A stretch of 63,168 bases of DNA, counting the filler. It is 5 parts of 5 records of this genome, joined end to end, with 100 filler letters (N's around TTAATTAATTAA, not from the genome) between each part and the next. Parts side by side here need not be neighbours in the genome. Positions count along the whole stretch, not along the records: positions 29,542 to 42,077 come from SRR20825006_784; 4 more parts are not named here. One strand, written 5' to 3'. The notes under the pieces are model-generated. The model saw nothing but the letters and a program-made list of their open reading frames with translations, had not been told where the DNA came from and did no database searches. Shown here piece after piece: positions 29,751-39,659 of this stretch (the first letter of the stretch is position 1; each line of letters starts with the position of its first letter). Both the position numbers and the translations under genes were made by a program.

Positions 29751-29938
29751 CGGGACTTGGGCAGCTTGCGAGGTTGGCGACGTTTTTCGAGCTGTCTGGC
29801 ACCGGGGATCGCGAATTTGCTATGCGTGATGGTGGCGCCACCTTCGTCGTGCGGTGCCGCTCGTCTTCTTCCGGAATCAACCTCGTGAAACCGTTGCGTT
29901 TTCCAACCGATTGGCATCCAAAGCGATGCGACCGATGG

Positions 29939-30964
29939 ATGCGTTTGCTGCGGTCTGAGACGGTTGCTCAGTGGTCGAAGAGGACATTGCGACTGGGCCT
30001 GCTGCTGACGTGTTTCACGTCGATCCCGACCTCAACGGGTTGCCGGGGCATCGGACGTTTTGGCGAAAGTCGGCAATCGATCGCCGCACGAAGGCTGTCG
30101 CGTCAGGGCACGAAAGCCATGCGTCAAGGCGATTGGACCGTCGCGGAAACGCTGTTCACGGAGGCTCTCGACGTATCCAACGTCAACGACGCGGCTCACC
30201 GTGGGATGTCGGAATCGCTGTGGCAAAAAGGACATCGCGAAGAGGCAATCGCACACCTCGAAAAAGCGGTGCAGCTTTCGGCGGGCGACCCCAAGCATAT
30301 GCAGCGTTTGGGGCGGATGTATTTGGAAGTTGGCCGAGTTGACGAGGCGGCTCGCCAGTGCCAGATCGCGTTGGATTCGGATCGCGAATGGGCTGCCCTT
30401 TGGGCTCTTTGGGGCGATTGCCAAGTCGCTCGCAACGAAAAGGACGAGGCGCTTTCGGCGTACCATCGAGCGTTGTCGCTGCAGCCGGATTATCCGTACG
30501 TGCAATTACGAACGGCGGAAATCTATCATCAACAAAAACGATACGACCGCTTGCTGGCGACGTTGGACCGGCTTCGTGAAGACACCGAAGTCGTCGGAGA
30601 CGTCGACGAAGCCATTCGGCCCGGAGCGGCGGATTTGCTTCGAGGAATCGCAATGCGAGAACTGGGCCGGACCGAAGAGTCGGTTCAGTACTTCATTGCG
30701 TCGGCACAGAAGAACCCGGAGGACGCGACTTCGCGATTGCAGTTGGCCTCGATCGCGGTCGAAACCGGCCAACCAGAGATCGCTCAAACCTGGTTGGCCC
30801 AAGCGATGCGGTTGGATCCTTCCGCCACTCGCAACGCGGGATGGAATGTCGAGACCTGGCTCGCCGTGCCACCGGGAATGGTGCAACCGGACAACCTGCC
30901 AATTCAATCATCGCCGCCAATCATCGCCGCTCAACCGGATGCGTCTCGCCCTTGGTTGCAATGA
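29939..30964 (+). CDS. Tetratricopeptide-repeat protein, possibly a lipoprotein
   Basis: Repeated TPR-like helices (A..HLEKAVQLSAGDP, A.SAYHRALSLQPDYP) and a leader ending STGC. The start is uncertain (ORF open from 29774). Confidence 0.8.
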   Translation: MRLLRSETVAQWSKRTLRLGLLLTCFTSIPTSTGCRGIGRFGESRQSIAARRLSRQGTKAMRQGDWTVAETLFTEALDVSNVNDAAHRGMSESLWQKGHREEAIAHLEKAVQLSAGDPKHMQRLGRMYLEVGRVDEAARQCQIALDSDREWAALWALWGDCQVARNEKDEALSAYHRALSLQPDYPYVQLRTAEIYHQQKRYDRLLATLDRLREDTEVVGDVDEAIRPGAADLLRGIAMRELGRTEESVQYFIASAQKNPEDATSRLQLASIAVETGQPEIAQTWLAQAMRLDPSATRNAGWNVETWLAVPPGMVQPDNLPIQSSPPIIAAQPDASRPWLQ

Positions 30965-30978
30965 TGTCGCTGGCGGTA

Positions 30979-32061
30979 TCAACGACCAAGCGGTGCATCA
31001 TCTTGATTGGATGCACGATGCAATCGATCTGAAATTGCGGCGATCAGGTTGGCGTTTCCTGATTCGATCCAATCTTCGACGTTCATCTGATCGATTTCAA
31101 TTTGGTCGAATTCACCCGAGTCCGCCCGACGCAACGTCTCGTACAGCCGGTTTGCAATTTCGAGCGGATCACCGACCTCCGACAAACTCCAAACGTCTGC
31201 GTAACCGGGCAAAGAATTGGCCGGTCCGCGGAGCCGAATTCGAAGAACACGAAGGTCGTTGTTTGCCGGCGAAGCGTGCTCGGTCTCACGAACCAAACGC
31301 AACGGTGTTCGAGGCGAATAGTGCCGGCGGTGCAAACCCGGTGAAGCAGCCGGTGCATTAGATGGAGGATGCGACAATTCCATGTTGGATGACGAGGCTG
31401 ACAGAACGGGTTCTCCAAACACGCTTTCCAGTTTTGTCGCCGAAAGAACGCCTTCGCGAAGAATCGTTGGCGGAGCGTTTGGATCGGCGATCGAAAGCAC
31501 GGTGGACTCCAGACCGACATCGCAGACGCCACCATCGAGAACCCACTCGATGCAGTCTGCCAAACCATCGGTCACGTGCTCGGGACGAGTCGGGCTGACG
31601 TAGTTGGAAACGTTGGCGCTGGGGGCGGCAATCGGAAGCGAGACTTCTCGCAGCAATTGCAAAGCGACCGGGTGCGAGGGAATTCGCACGGCCACGGTGT
31701 TGCCTCCCGCCGTGACACAGTCGAGCACCGCTTCGGATTTCGGCAACACCAGTGTCAGCGGGCCGGGCCACAAGGAGGACGCGGCTTCGAACCGCCGACG
31801 CGTGATCGCCGAATCCATCACGACCAACGGATGGACTGCACTGGCATCACCCACGTGCAAAATTAGCGGGTTGGTCGAGGGACGTTGCTTGGCCGCGAAA
31901 ATTCTGGCGACGGAATCGGGTTGGTCGCCGCGAGCGGCCAAGCCGTAGACGGTTTCGGTGGGCAATCCGATCAGCTTTCCATCGCGCAGGGCATGGCCGG
32001 CGAGCCGGATCGATTCCGGCGTGGCAGGCAAAATCTTCGGATGGGACGCGTGGGGATTCAT
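30979..32061 (-). CDS. sua5: L-threonylcarbamoyladenylate synthase, Sua5 type
   Basis: PTETVYGLAA, KQRPSTNPLILH, WPGPLT, VAVRIPSHP, APSAN, GLESTV, SPG...HYSP. An alternative TTG start exists at 32097. Confidence 0.93.
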   Translation of the reverse strand: MNPHASHPKILPATPESIRLAGHALRDGKLIGLPTETVYGLAARGDQPDSVARIFAAKQRPSTNPLILHVGDASAVHPLVVMDSAITRRRFEAASSLWPGPLTLVLPKSEAVLDCVTAGGNTVAVRIPSHPVALQLLREVSLPIAAPSANVSNYVSPTRPEHVTDGLADCIEWVLDGGVCDVGLESTVLSIADPNAPPTILREGVLSATKLESVFGEPVLSASSSNMELSHPPSNAPAASPGLHRRHYSPRTPLRLVRETEHASPANNDLRVLRIRLRGPANSLPGYADVWSLSEVGDPLEIANRLYETLRRADSGEFDQIEIDQMNVEDWIESGNANLIAAISDRLHRASNQDDAPLGR

Positions 32062-32135
32062 GACGAAGAAGTCTGATTCATTCCCACGGAATGACAAGAT
32101 CCCGGCGACACAGAAGTCATCCCCGGCAATTCAGC

Positions 32136-35100
32136 TCATTCGTCCGGAGACTGAAACGAGTCTTCCACGTCACGAAAAGTCTTCAGCATCAGGTCCATTT
32201 GTTCCTGCAATCGGCTGAGGTCACGGCTGTTGTCGATCGATTCTTCCAGCAGCGGACGCATCCATTCTTGCATCAAATGGAATTGGCCTTTGACCAAGTC
32301 GGCGATCACGCGTGGGACTTTGTGTTGCACCAGGATCTTCTGATCCGGCGGCGAAGCGGCTTGTTGCCGAGAGATCGCTTCGAGCTGAGTCGCGGTGGAT
32401 TCCAAGCGACCCGACATCAATTCGCCCATCGACAGCAATGTTTGTCGCAGCGTGTCGACTCGCGAATCCATGCGTTCTTCGGCCGAGTGATCTTCCATCG
32501 CGATGGCTTTGGCGATGACTTGGCGGATCGATTCCAGGCCATCTCGCATGGACGCAAGTTGGCGGAGAACTTGAGCGACTTGGTCTTCGCCGTCCATGCC
32601 CGCCATTCGGACACTTTCAACAAACGCGTACTTGATCGCGTCCCAGCGTTGTTTTTCTTCCGGCGTCAGGATGCCCATCAGTTCCTTGAACTTCAGGACG
32701 TTGGCTTCGTTGTCCGTCGTCAGCGTTTGAGCATCTTGTTCGTAGTTGCTGATGATCAGCGATTGCAGTTCGGCATCGTTCATGACCGGCGCGACTCGTT
32801 CGGCGATCCGGTTCATGTTCCGATAACTGCCCTGCAGTTTGAACGGAGGTTCGGTTCGGTAGTCATCCGCTTGCGCGGCCGAGCGAATGTAGGCACGGTT
32901 GACCCGCAGCACGACATCACGGACACGCAGCAATTTGCGAGTGACTTCGAACATGTCCCGAATTTGGTCCATGCTGAAGGCTGCTTCCAGATCGATGCCT
33001 TCGACTGAATCTCGGCCGGCGGCGGAGATGATCGCTCGTGCGTCCGATGGGGACGCGTTGGACAGCGGTGCCAGAGTCACGTTGCTGGTCAAGCAGTTCT
33101 CGAGATAACTCATCTCGAACGCGTCCGCCGACTCGCCGATGATTTCGCCCAAGTTATAGACGTCGGCACGGTTGGAAAGCATGTCGGGGATTTGGAAACG
33201 ATCGCCCGATTCGGTGTACGGGTTGCCCGCCATGACGACGGCGACTCGGCGGCCACGCAGGTCGTACGTTCGCGTTTTGCCGTCTCGAACCCCTTCGATT
33301 TTTCGTGTGGCATCGCACAGCGAGATGAACTTCTGCAGCAACTCCGGATGCGTGTGCTGGATGTCATCTAAGTACAGCATCACGTTGTCACCCATCTCGA
33401 GTGCCAAGTTCAATCGCATGACTTCTTCGCGAGCCGCGGCGTTGGGGGCTTCCGCTGGATCCAACGACGTCACACCGTGACCGATCGCGGGGCCGTTGAT
33501 CTTCATGAACACCAGTCCGAGTCGGCTGGCGATGTATTCCATCAACGTCGTTTTGCCGTAACCGGGTGGCGAGATCAGCAGCAACAATCCCATGCGGTCG
33601 GTGCGTTTGTCTTCGCCGACCGTGCCCATTTGTTTGGCAAGGTTGTCGCCGATCAGTGGCAGGTAAACTTCGTCGAGCAATCGGTTGCGGACGAAACTGC
33701 TGAGCACGCGAGGTTTGAATTCATCCAAACGCATCGATTGGCGAGCCGACTCGACACATTCGGTTTTGGCTTTATGAAGCGAGCGGAATCGCGGCACCAC
33801 GTCTTCGCGGTATTCACGCAGTCGAGTGATGAATTCATGGTAGTGCAGCGGCATTTCGCCTCGTTCAATTCGGGCGTGACTGCCAACCAAACCCGTCAAA
33901 CGTTTCGCGACCGGAACGTCGAGGACCTCAGTCGCTGGTTGAGTGGTCGCCGTGGTTTTCTTGGCGTCCATCGCTGATTGGAAGATCAGCCAAGCCAACT
34001 CGTCTCGATACCAATGCGGTGAATCGCCGGTTTCGATTGCGTCCCCGGCGGCACGTTTTTCGAGAAACGCATCGGCCCAGTTGCGAGCCAGCACAAAGGT
34101 GTGGACGGGAGAGGCTGTGTTGGGTTTCAATCCGCCGAGCACCCAACGTTTCTGATCCGATTCGGGAAGCGAGCGCAGGAAGTCTTCGTGCAACGTGTTT
34201 GCTTGGCCGCTGATGGCGACCTTGTCGGGGACGCTGGTCAGTTGTTCAAACAGGTAGTCGGCGATCCGTTCCGGCGTGATCTCTTTTTGGAACAGTCCAA
34301 TCCACTCGGATTGATGTTCGGCTGCCAGTTCAGTCAAGTGCTGACGGAATTCCACGGCAGGTTGGGCTTGAGGGAACGCCATCGCGAGCTTGGCAAAGCC
34401 CGCGATCCAGTTTTTCATTTTGGTGCGTTGCTTGGTGTCAAGAAAGCATTGCCACCAAAGCTGAGACGCGGTGCGAAGCGAGGGAGCATGCCGGAGCAGC
34501 CCAATGGAACGATCCAGTTCGATCAGTCCTCGCAAGATGATCGAGGTGTCCACATCGTGAACCCCTTTGGCGTAGCCCTCATCGAATCGACCCGCCATCC
34601 GCTCGGCGATCCAACCCGCAGTCAACGTTTCTAAATCCTGAATCGATTCTGCTTGCCCGGATTCGAACAGATCCATGGCCAAGAACTCGGCTCGGTAAAC
34701 GTCAGAGTTCTCGCTGATCAGCGATTGGTTCCAGATATCACGAGCCGCGATCAGTCGCTCGTCGTCAATGGGATCGAAGTACTGCGTGCCAGTCAGGTGC
34801 AAGCAGAGTTCGTTGTTGCGAAGGACCGTGGTGAGATCCAGCGGTTGAGTGTTGACCGCGAATTTTCGTTCGCCCAGACGGATGACATCTCCACCCTCTT
34901 CGTAAAGATCTTGTCGATCTTTCAGTCCCCGCAGCGCGTCTTCGCGAAGCGTTTTCAGGCGGCTTTGTAAATCGCCAACGCGAACGGCATCACCCAGTTC
35001 ATCGAGCTCTTCAATCAGACTGCGGATCTTACCGACCATCAAGTCGCCCGCGAAATACGCTGCGATTTGATCGATCGATTCCATGTTGGAAACGCGATGC

Positions 35101-37490
35101 TGGATCCCGCTAAGAATTCGTTCGGCGGCGGAACTGAGAGCTTCGGCGCGGCGATTGCGTTTTTCGACCAACGAAACTTTTCGCGATTCGAAGGCCGCGT
35201 ACACGTCTTCACGACGGTTGGCGAGCGTCTCGATGAACTCATCGAACTCGGCAAAGCGACCTTCGAGTTCTTCGAGTTGCACCATGACTTTCGTCAGGTA
35301 CTCGTCGCAGCGAGCGGGCGTGTCGCAGACGTCGAGGTAGCCGGTGGTGGTTTGTTCGAGCAATTTCAACTGCGAGGCGAATTCGGCTCGGCCTTCGACG
35401 CCGATCAATTCTTGTTTACGATTCTTCAGCGCACTGCGAACGCGGTTGACGGTGGCGAAGACGTCGCCGATCGCATCAATGATCGTTGTGCGTTGTGTCG
35501 CGTCATCGATTTGCAGGTTGCTCACCGTTTCGGTCAGCAGTTCCAAATCGGCAGCCGATCGATCGATTTCCGCTTCGAGTTCCTTGGCTTGAGCGACGCC
35601 TTTGATTTCGGGGACGCGGGTTTCGGCTTCGGCAACTCGATCGCGATAAGGTTGCAAGGCGTCTTCGCCAAGCAGGAATTCGACGCATCGGCGGCTGAGA
35701 CGATCCGATTGTTCGGCGGTGATGGTTTCGAGTTCCTCGACCACCGCGGTGTCAACAAATCGAAGTTCACGCAGCGCGATCGCACGTCCACGCTGGACTC
35801 GCAATTGGGCGAGCGAGGCGACGAACTGGTCAATCGAAGTGAAACGCGAACGTTCAATCTCTTTCAGCGTCGCGTTGGTGTCGGATTGAACCTGACGAGT
35901 TTGTTTGGCGGTGGCTTCGCGAACACGAACGACTTTTTCGTATTCTTCGATCGCCGCTCCCGCCGTTTCGCGAATTTTGCGAAGTGGTTCGGCGAGGTGG
36001 TGGGTCTCTTCGTTGTCGATCCAGAAGTAGCTGTCCAGGACATCGCCGGACTTCTTGGACAGGTCAATGTACAGGTCGTTGTAGCTGTCGTCCTTTTCGA
36101 TCAGTTGCAGCAATTCGCTGCACTCGGCCATCCCGCGAACCAAATCTTTGTTGCCGATCTTGAACAGCAACGAATCGGTTTGGTTCTCGGGCAGGTAGTC
36201 TTCGCTGGTGAACGGCGTCTGCCAAAGCTGGATCGCGTGGTGTTTTTGCGGCGTGTCTTGGCCTTTGAAGCAAACCATCTCGCCGGCTTCGAAGAACGTT
36301 TGCCCGTGGCAAACGAGCGGTGTGTCGACGGATTGGCGGATCTGGTTGTAGCGCAGTTGGATGTACGTTCCGTCTTCAACGTTGGAAAACAGATACAAGC
36401 TGTCTTCACCGTTGGGCGAGTTGATCGTTCGCTCGTAACGCATGTCGACCAAGCCATGGTCGAAGCGTTTGAACTCGCCGGATTGCAGGTAATAGCCGCC
36501 CGGGAAGATCAGGCCTTGGTCGCCTGGCAGCATCACGCAGGCGTGTTGGATCTCGTCCAACCGGATCGCTTGGTTGATCTTCCCGTTGAAGATGATGTAG
36601 CGAAATTGGTTCTCTTGATACGGTTTGATCTTGAGCAAGACCAAGTGACCGACGATCGCGTAATGGATTTCTGCGTCGTCGAGTTTTTGATCAAAGTTGT
36701 CGACCGGTTCGGCGTAGATGCCTTCGCCGACGCTGGTGTTGTTTTCAACTTTGATCGTCAGGTCGCCGCCGACGGTTTCGACGAACACGCGGTCATCGAT
36801 GGAGATGTGCGGGTGCTCACCGTAGTGATGCATGTCCCGCGTGGTCCTCTGCCAGCGGAATTCGTGCTGGTCGGGCAAGCGGACTTCGTGATCGCTGCGG
36901 TTGTCGACGTATTGCAGACCGTCGGGACTGCGCCGCCATTTGAAGGATTTGATATCGCGAGCGGTTTTGCCGACTTGAAACACCATGTGCAAGATCGGAC
37001 CGGACACAAAGAAACGCAGGAACGTGGTGTCTTTGTAGAACCGGTACAGCTCGTGGAAATCACTGACGAAGCGATCGTCCATGATCCGCTGGAGCGGCCG
37101 TTCATGGAACTCGGTTGATTCCATGCGGTAGATCGAGAACACATCGGCCAGTTCGATCTCGGTTTTCAACCCGAACTGAACGTTGTATCCGAACAGAAAC
37201 TCGTCACCGATCGAGACAATGTCTCGGGGGACGCAGTTGTGTTCGGTGGTCACCCTCTGCGTTGCGATCAATCGCGTTTCGATGTTCCCGAAGACTTCGC
37301 CGCGGTCTTCGTTCAGCTTGGCGAGACGATCGCGAAGATCACCGGCGGCGGTGCGAAGGCGGTTGCGGAGGACCTCGTAGGTGCCGCCGGACATTTGAGC
37401 GGCGGCGTCCTTCGAACTCCCTGCATCCGATCCGCCGTCACCAGCAGCACCGGGCAGCGAAGCCGCTTCGGGGGAAGCGTCCTCAGCCAC
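32136..37490 (-). CDS. Giant (1784 aa) AAA+ ATPase, DUF3686-type (usually auto-annotated 'DNA repair ATPase')
   Basis: Beta-rich N-terminal third, long helical/coiled-coil middle, then SPPGYGKTT Walker A, MLYLDDIQH Walker B, MAGNP sensor I and NRAD Arg-finger candidate. Starts 2 bp after the flotillin stop. Confidence 0.85.
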   Translation of the reverse strand: MAEDASPEAASLPGAAGDGGSDAGSSKDAAAQMSGGTYEVLRNRLRTAAGDLRDRLAKLNEDRGEVFGNIETRLIATQRVTTEHNCVPRDIVSIGDEFLFGYNVQFGLKTEIELADVFSIYRMESTEFHERPLQRIMDDRFVSDFHELYRFYKDTTFLRFFVSGPILHMVFQVGKTARDIKSFKWRRSPDGLQYVDNRSDHEVRLPDQHEFRWQRTTRDMHHYGEHPHISIDDRVFVETVGGDLTIKVENNTSVGEGIYAEPVDNFDQKLDDAEIHYAIVGHLVLLKIKPYQENQFRYIIFNGKINQAIRLDEIQHACVMLPGDQGLIFPGGYYLQSGEFKRFDHGLVDMRYERTINSPNGEDSLYLFSNVEDGTYIQLRYNQIRQSVDTPLVCHGQTFFEAGEMVCFKGQDTPQKHHAIQLWQTPFTSEDYLPENQTDSLLFKIGNKDLVRGMAECSELLQLIEKDDSYNDLYIDLSKKSGDVLDSYFWIDNEETHHLAEPLRKIRETAGAAIEEYEKVVRVREATAKQTRQVQSDTNATLKEIERSRFTSIDQFVASLAQLRVQRGRAIALRELRFVDTAVVEELETITAEQSDRLSRRCVEFLLGEDALQPYRDRVAEAETRVPEIKGVAQAKELEAEIDRSAADLELLTETVSNLQIDDATQRTTIIDAIGDVFATVNRVRSALKNRKQELIGVEGRAEFASQLKLLEQTTTGYLDVCDTPARCDEYLTKVMVQLEELEGRFAEFDEFIETLANRREDVYAAFESRKVSLVEKRNRRAEALSSAAERILSGIQHRVSNMESIDQIAAYFAGDLMVGKIRSLIEELDELGDAVRVGDLQSRLKTLREDALRGLKDRQDLYEEGGDVIRLGERKFAVNTQPLDLTTVLRNNELCLHLTGTQYFDPIDDERLIAARDIWNQSLISENSDVYRAEFLAMDLFESGQAESIQDLETLTAGWIAERMAGRFDEGYAKGVHDVDTSIILRGLIELDRSIGLLRHAPSLRTASQLWWQCFLDTKQRTKMKNWIAGFAKLAMAFPQAQPAVEFRQHLTELAAEHQSEWIGLFQKEITPERIADYLFEQLTSVPDKVAISGQANTLHEDFLRSLPESDQKRWVLGGLKPNTASPVHTFVLARNWADAFLEKRAAGDAIETGDSPHWYRDELAWLIFQSAMDAKKTTATTQPATEVLDVPVAKRLTGLVGSHARIERGEMPLHYHEFITRLREYREDVVPRFRSLHKAKTECVESARQSMRLDEFKPRVLSSFVRNRLLDEVYLPLIGDNLAKQMGTVGEDKRTDRMGLLLLISPPGYGKTTLMEYIASRLGLVFMKINGPAIGHGVTSLDPAEAPNAAAREEVMRLNLALEMGDNVMLYLDDIQHTHPELLQKFISLCDATRKIEGVRDGKTRTYDLRGRRVAVVMAGNPYTESGDRFQIPDMLSNRADVYNLGEIIGESADAFEMSYLENCLTSNVTLAPLSNASPSDARAIISAAGRDSVEGIDLEAAFSMDQIRDMFEVTRKLLRVRDVVLRVNRAYIRSAAQADDYRTEPPFKLQGSYRNMNRIAERVAPVMNDAELQSLIISNYEQDAQTLTTDNEANVLKFKELMGILTPEEKQRWDAIKYAFVESVRMAGMDGEDQVAQVLRQLASMRDGLESIRQVIAKAIAMEDHSAEERMDSRVDTLRQTLLSMGELMSGRLESTATQLEAISRQQAASPPDQKILVQHKVPRVIADLVKGQFHLMQEWMRPLLEESIDNSRDLSRLQEQMDLMLKTFRDVEDSFQSPDE

Positions 37491-37492
37491 GA

Positions 37493-39553
37493 TCAGGCCT
37501 TCTTCCCGTTAGGGGAAACTTTTTTCGCTGGAACGGTCGCGGGCTCGGACGTGAGCAAACGACTGACCTTTTGGTCGGCGACGTTGGCGGTTCCTGCCAT
37601 GCTGAGCAGACTGGTCAATTGCGTCCGAACATCGTCGGTGCTGGACATGCCCATCAGCTTGGCGATCAACGCCGCGATGGACAGGTCCTTGACGCCGTCG
37701 GTGTCCAATCCGAACTGGGCGATCAATTCTTTGACTTGATCGCGGAAGTAATCCGCGTTGCCGTCGAAGAACGTGTTCTTGATGTCGGTCGCGACTTGGC
37801 TGTTGTAGACAAATCGATCGATCGCTTTCCCGCCTTTGACCGCGGAAGTGATCTGTTCGAAGAATTCTCCATCGCCACCGACGATGTCGATGCGAGCCGC
37901 TTGCAGGGCTTCGCCGATGACACCGGCTTGGCTTTCCGCGATTCCGCGTTGAGCTTCGATCGCAGCGACTTCGACGAACTTCTCTTTCTCTAGTTTGAGT
38001 TTGAACTCTTCGTGGTCTTTGCCGACGCCATCCAGCTTCTTCATCGCTTCGGCTTTCTCGGTGATACCGGTCGCTTCGGCCGTGTATTTCTCGCGAGAAA
38101 CCTTGGCTTCGGCCATGCCTTCTTTCTCCAACGAAATGGCTTTGGCTTCTTGAACCTGTGCTTCGGCCAAACCAGCGGCAGCGGCTTGAGCGGCTTCGGC
38201 TTCGGCCAGCATTTTCGTTGCAGCGGTTTCTTTTTCGGCCGCATCGCGTTTGGCTTCGGCTTCGATGCGGACTTTTTCAGCCAGCAACTCGCTGCTTTCC
38301 TTTTCGGCTTGAGCCAGCTTGGTTTGGCGAATCAGTTCTTCTTCCGCCTTCATTTGAGCTGCGGTGATCTGAACCGTCTTTTGACGTTCGGCCTTGGCGT
38401 GTTCTTCGGTGTCCTTGATTCGTTCTTGTTCTTCGACCACGGCACGTTCGACCGCGACACGTTCTCGAATCACTTCTTGGATGTTGCGTTTCTCGATTTC
38501 GATCGCCTTTTCTTTTTCGACTTCGGCGACGCCCACGACACGCAAGCGTTCGGTGGCTTCCAAGTCGCGGTCACGATTGACGCGTTCGAGTTCGACCGCG
38601 TCGGTCTTTTCCTTGTTCCGCATCGCGACCAAGATTTGCCGGGCCTTGTTCTCTTCTGCGATGCCGATTTCTTCTTCGGTTTGGATCCGGGCTCGTTCGG
38701 ATTCCAATCGTTGTTCTTCGCGGACTTTCGCAGCCGAGGCTTGTTCACGCGAAGTGATTTCCGCGATTTCGCGTTGTTGTTTTTCGACTGCTTCGACGCG
38801 TTGACGTTCCAGTTCGAGGATTGTTTCTTCCGCTTCGACGTCCTGCTTCTTCAGCGTCTTTTCTTTGTCGCGGGTGAACTGGTTTTCCTTGACCTTTTCC
38901 ATCGAGGTCAGTTCGGTGATCTTCTTGATGCCCTCGGCGTCGAGGATGTTGGTTGGACTGAGCATGTCCAACGGGGTTTGTTCCAGGTAATCGATCGCGG
39001 CGTCGTCGAGCCGGTAACCGTTGAGGTCGGTGCCGATGACTTTGAGGATTTCTTCTTTGAACTTATCGCGTTGGTCGTATAGATCGACGAAGTCAAATTG
39101 CTTGCCGACGGTCTTCAGTGCTTCACTGAATTTCGCGTCGAACAGTTCACGCAGCGTTTCCAGTTCGCTACAGCGTTTGGCACCGATGGACTGAGCGACC
39201 TCTTTCATTTCTTCGGGGCTTTTGTCGACACGCACAAAGAACGCGACTTTGATGTCCGCGCGAATGTTGTCGCGACAGATCAAACCCTCGCTGCCTTGGC
39301 GGTGGATCTCAAAGCTTTTCAGCGTGAGGTCCATGAACTCGTATTGCTGGATCAGCGGGATGATCAGCATGCCTTCGCCGGTCACGGCTCGGACGCCGCC
39401 CGCACCCGATTTCACAATCGCTCGGTCGGGGCCGACCTTGATGTAGTAGCTCTTGAACAGCAGAGCGACGACAAGACCGACAAGGAACAGGCCTCCGACG
39501 ACGATGATCAATGCATCTAAACCGACGGAATCCGTGATGAGAGCAGCCAGCAT
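37493..39553 (-). CDS. Flotillin/SPFH (YqiK-like) membrane protein
   Basis: N-terminal TM helix, SPFH domain (GLICRDNIRADIKVAFFVRV, FSEALKTVGK, DYLEQT, ILDAEGIKKI), long E/A/K/R-rich coiled coil. Confidence 0.9.
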   Translation of the reverse strand: MLAALITDSVGLDALIIVVGGLFLVGLVVALLFKSYYIKVGPDRAIVKSGAGGVRAVTGEGMLIIPLIQQYEFMDLTLKSFEIHRQGSEGLICRDNIRADIKVAFFVRVDKSPEEMKEVAQSIGAKRCSELETLRELFDAKFSEALKTVGKQFDFVDLYDQRDKFKEEILKVIGTDLNGYRLDDAAIDYLEQTPLDMLSPTNILDAEGIKKITELTSMEKVKENQFTRDKEKTLKKQDVEAEETILELERQRVEAVEKQQREIAEITSREQASAAKVREEQRLESERARIQTEEEIGIAEENKARQILVAMRNKEKTDAVELERVNRDRDLEATERLRVVGVAEVEKEKAIEIEKRNIQEVIRERVAVERAVVEEQERIKDTEEHAKAERQKTVQITAAQMKAEEELIRQTKLAQAEKESSELLAEKVRIEAEAKRDAAEKETAATKMLAEAEAAQAAAAGLAEAQVQEAKAISLEKEGMAEAKVSREKYTAEATGITEKAEAMKKLDGVGKDHEEFKLKLEKEKFVEVAAIEAQRGIAESQAGVIGEALQAARIDIVGGDGEFFEQITSAVKGGKAIDRFVYNSQVATDIKNTFFDGNADYFRDQVKELIAQFGLDTDGVKDLSIAALIAKLMGMSSTDDVRTQLTSLLSMAGTANVADQKVSRLLTSEPATVPAKKVSPNGKKA

Positions 39554-39659
39554 GAGCGTTCTTTCGTTTGTTTGACCGCGGGATGATTCGACGGACGAAT
39601 CCTGAAAACAAGTTGTCTGTAGGTCAGGCGTGGAGTGTCAGCCGTGAGGGCGCGCCGAA

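Noticed and set aside
30060-31361. 433-aa alternative-frame ORF overlapping the TPR gene and sua5
   Set aside because: Arg/Cys/Trp-rich composition typical of an off-frame translation, and it overlaps two better-supported genes.
35067-37118. 683-aa plus-strand ORF, and similar long ORFs at 413-1237, 10617-11666, 13331-14431, 38012-39082 and 59484-60545
   Set aside because: These are antisense shadows of well-supported genes in GC-rich DNA and carry no recognisable motifs.
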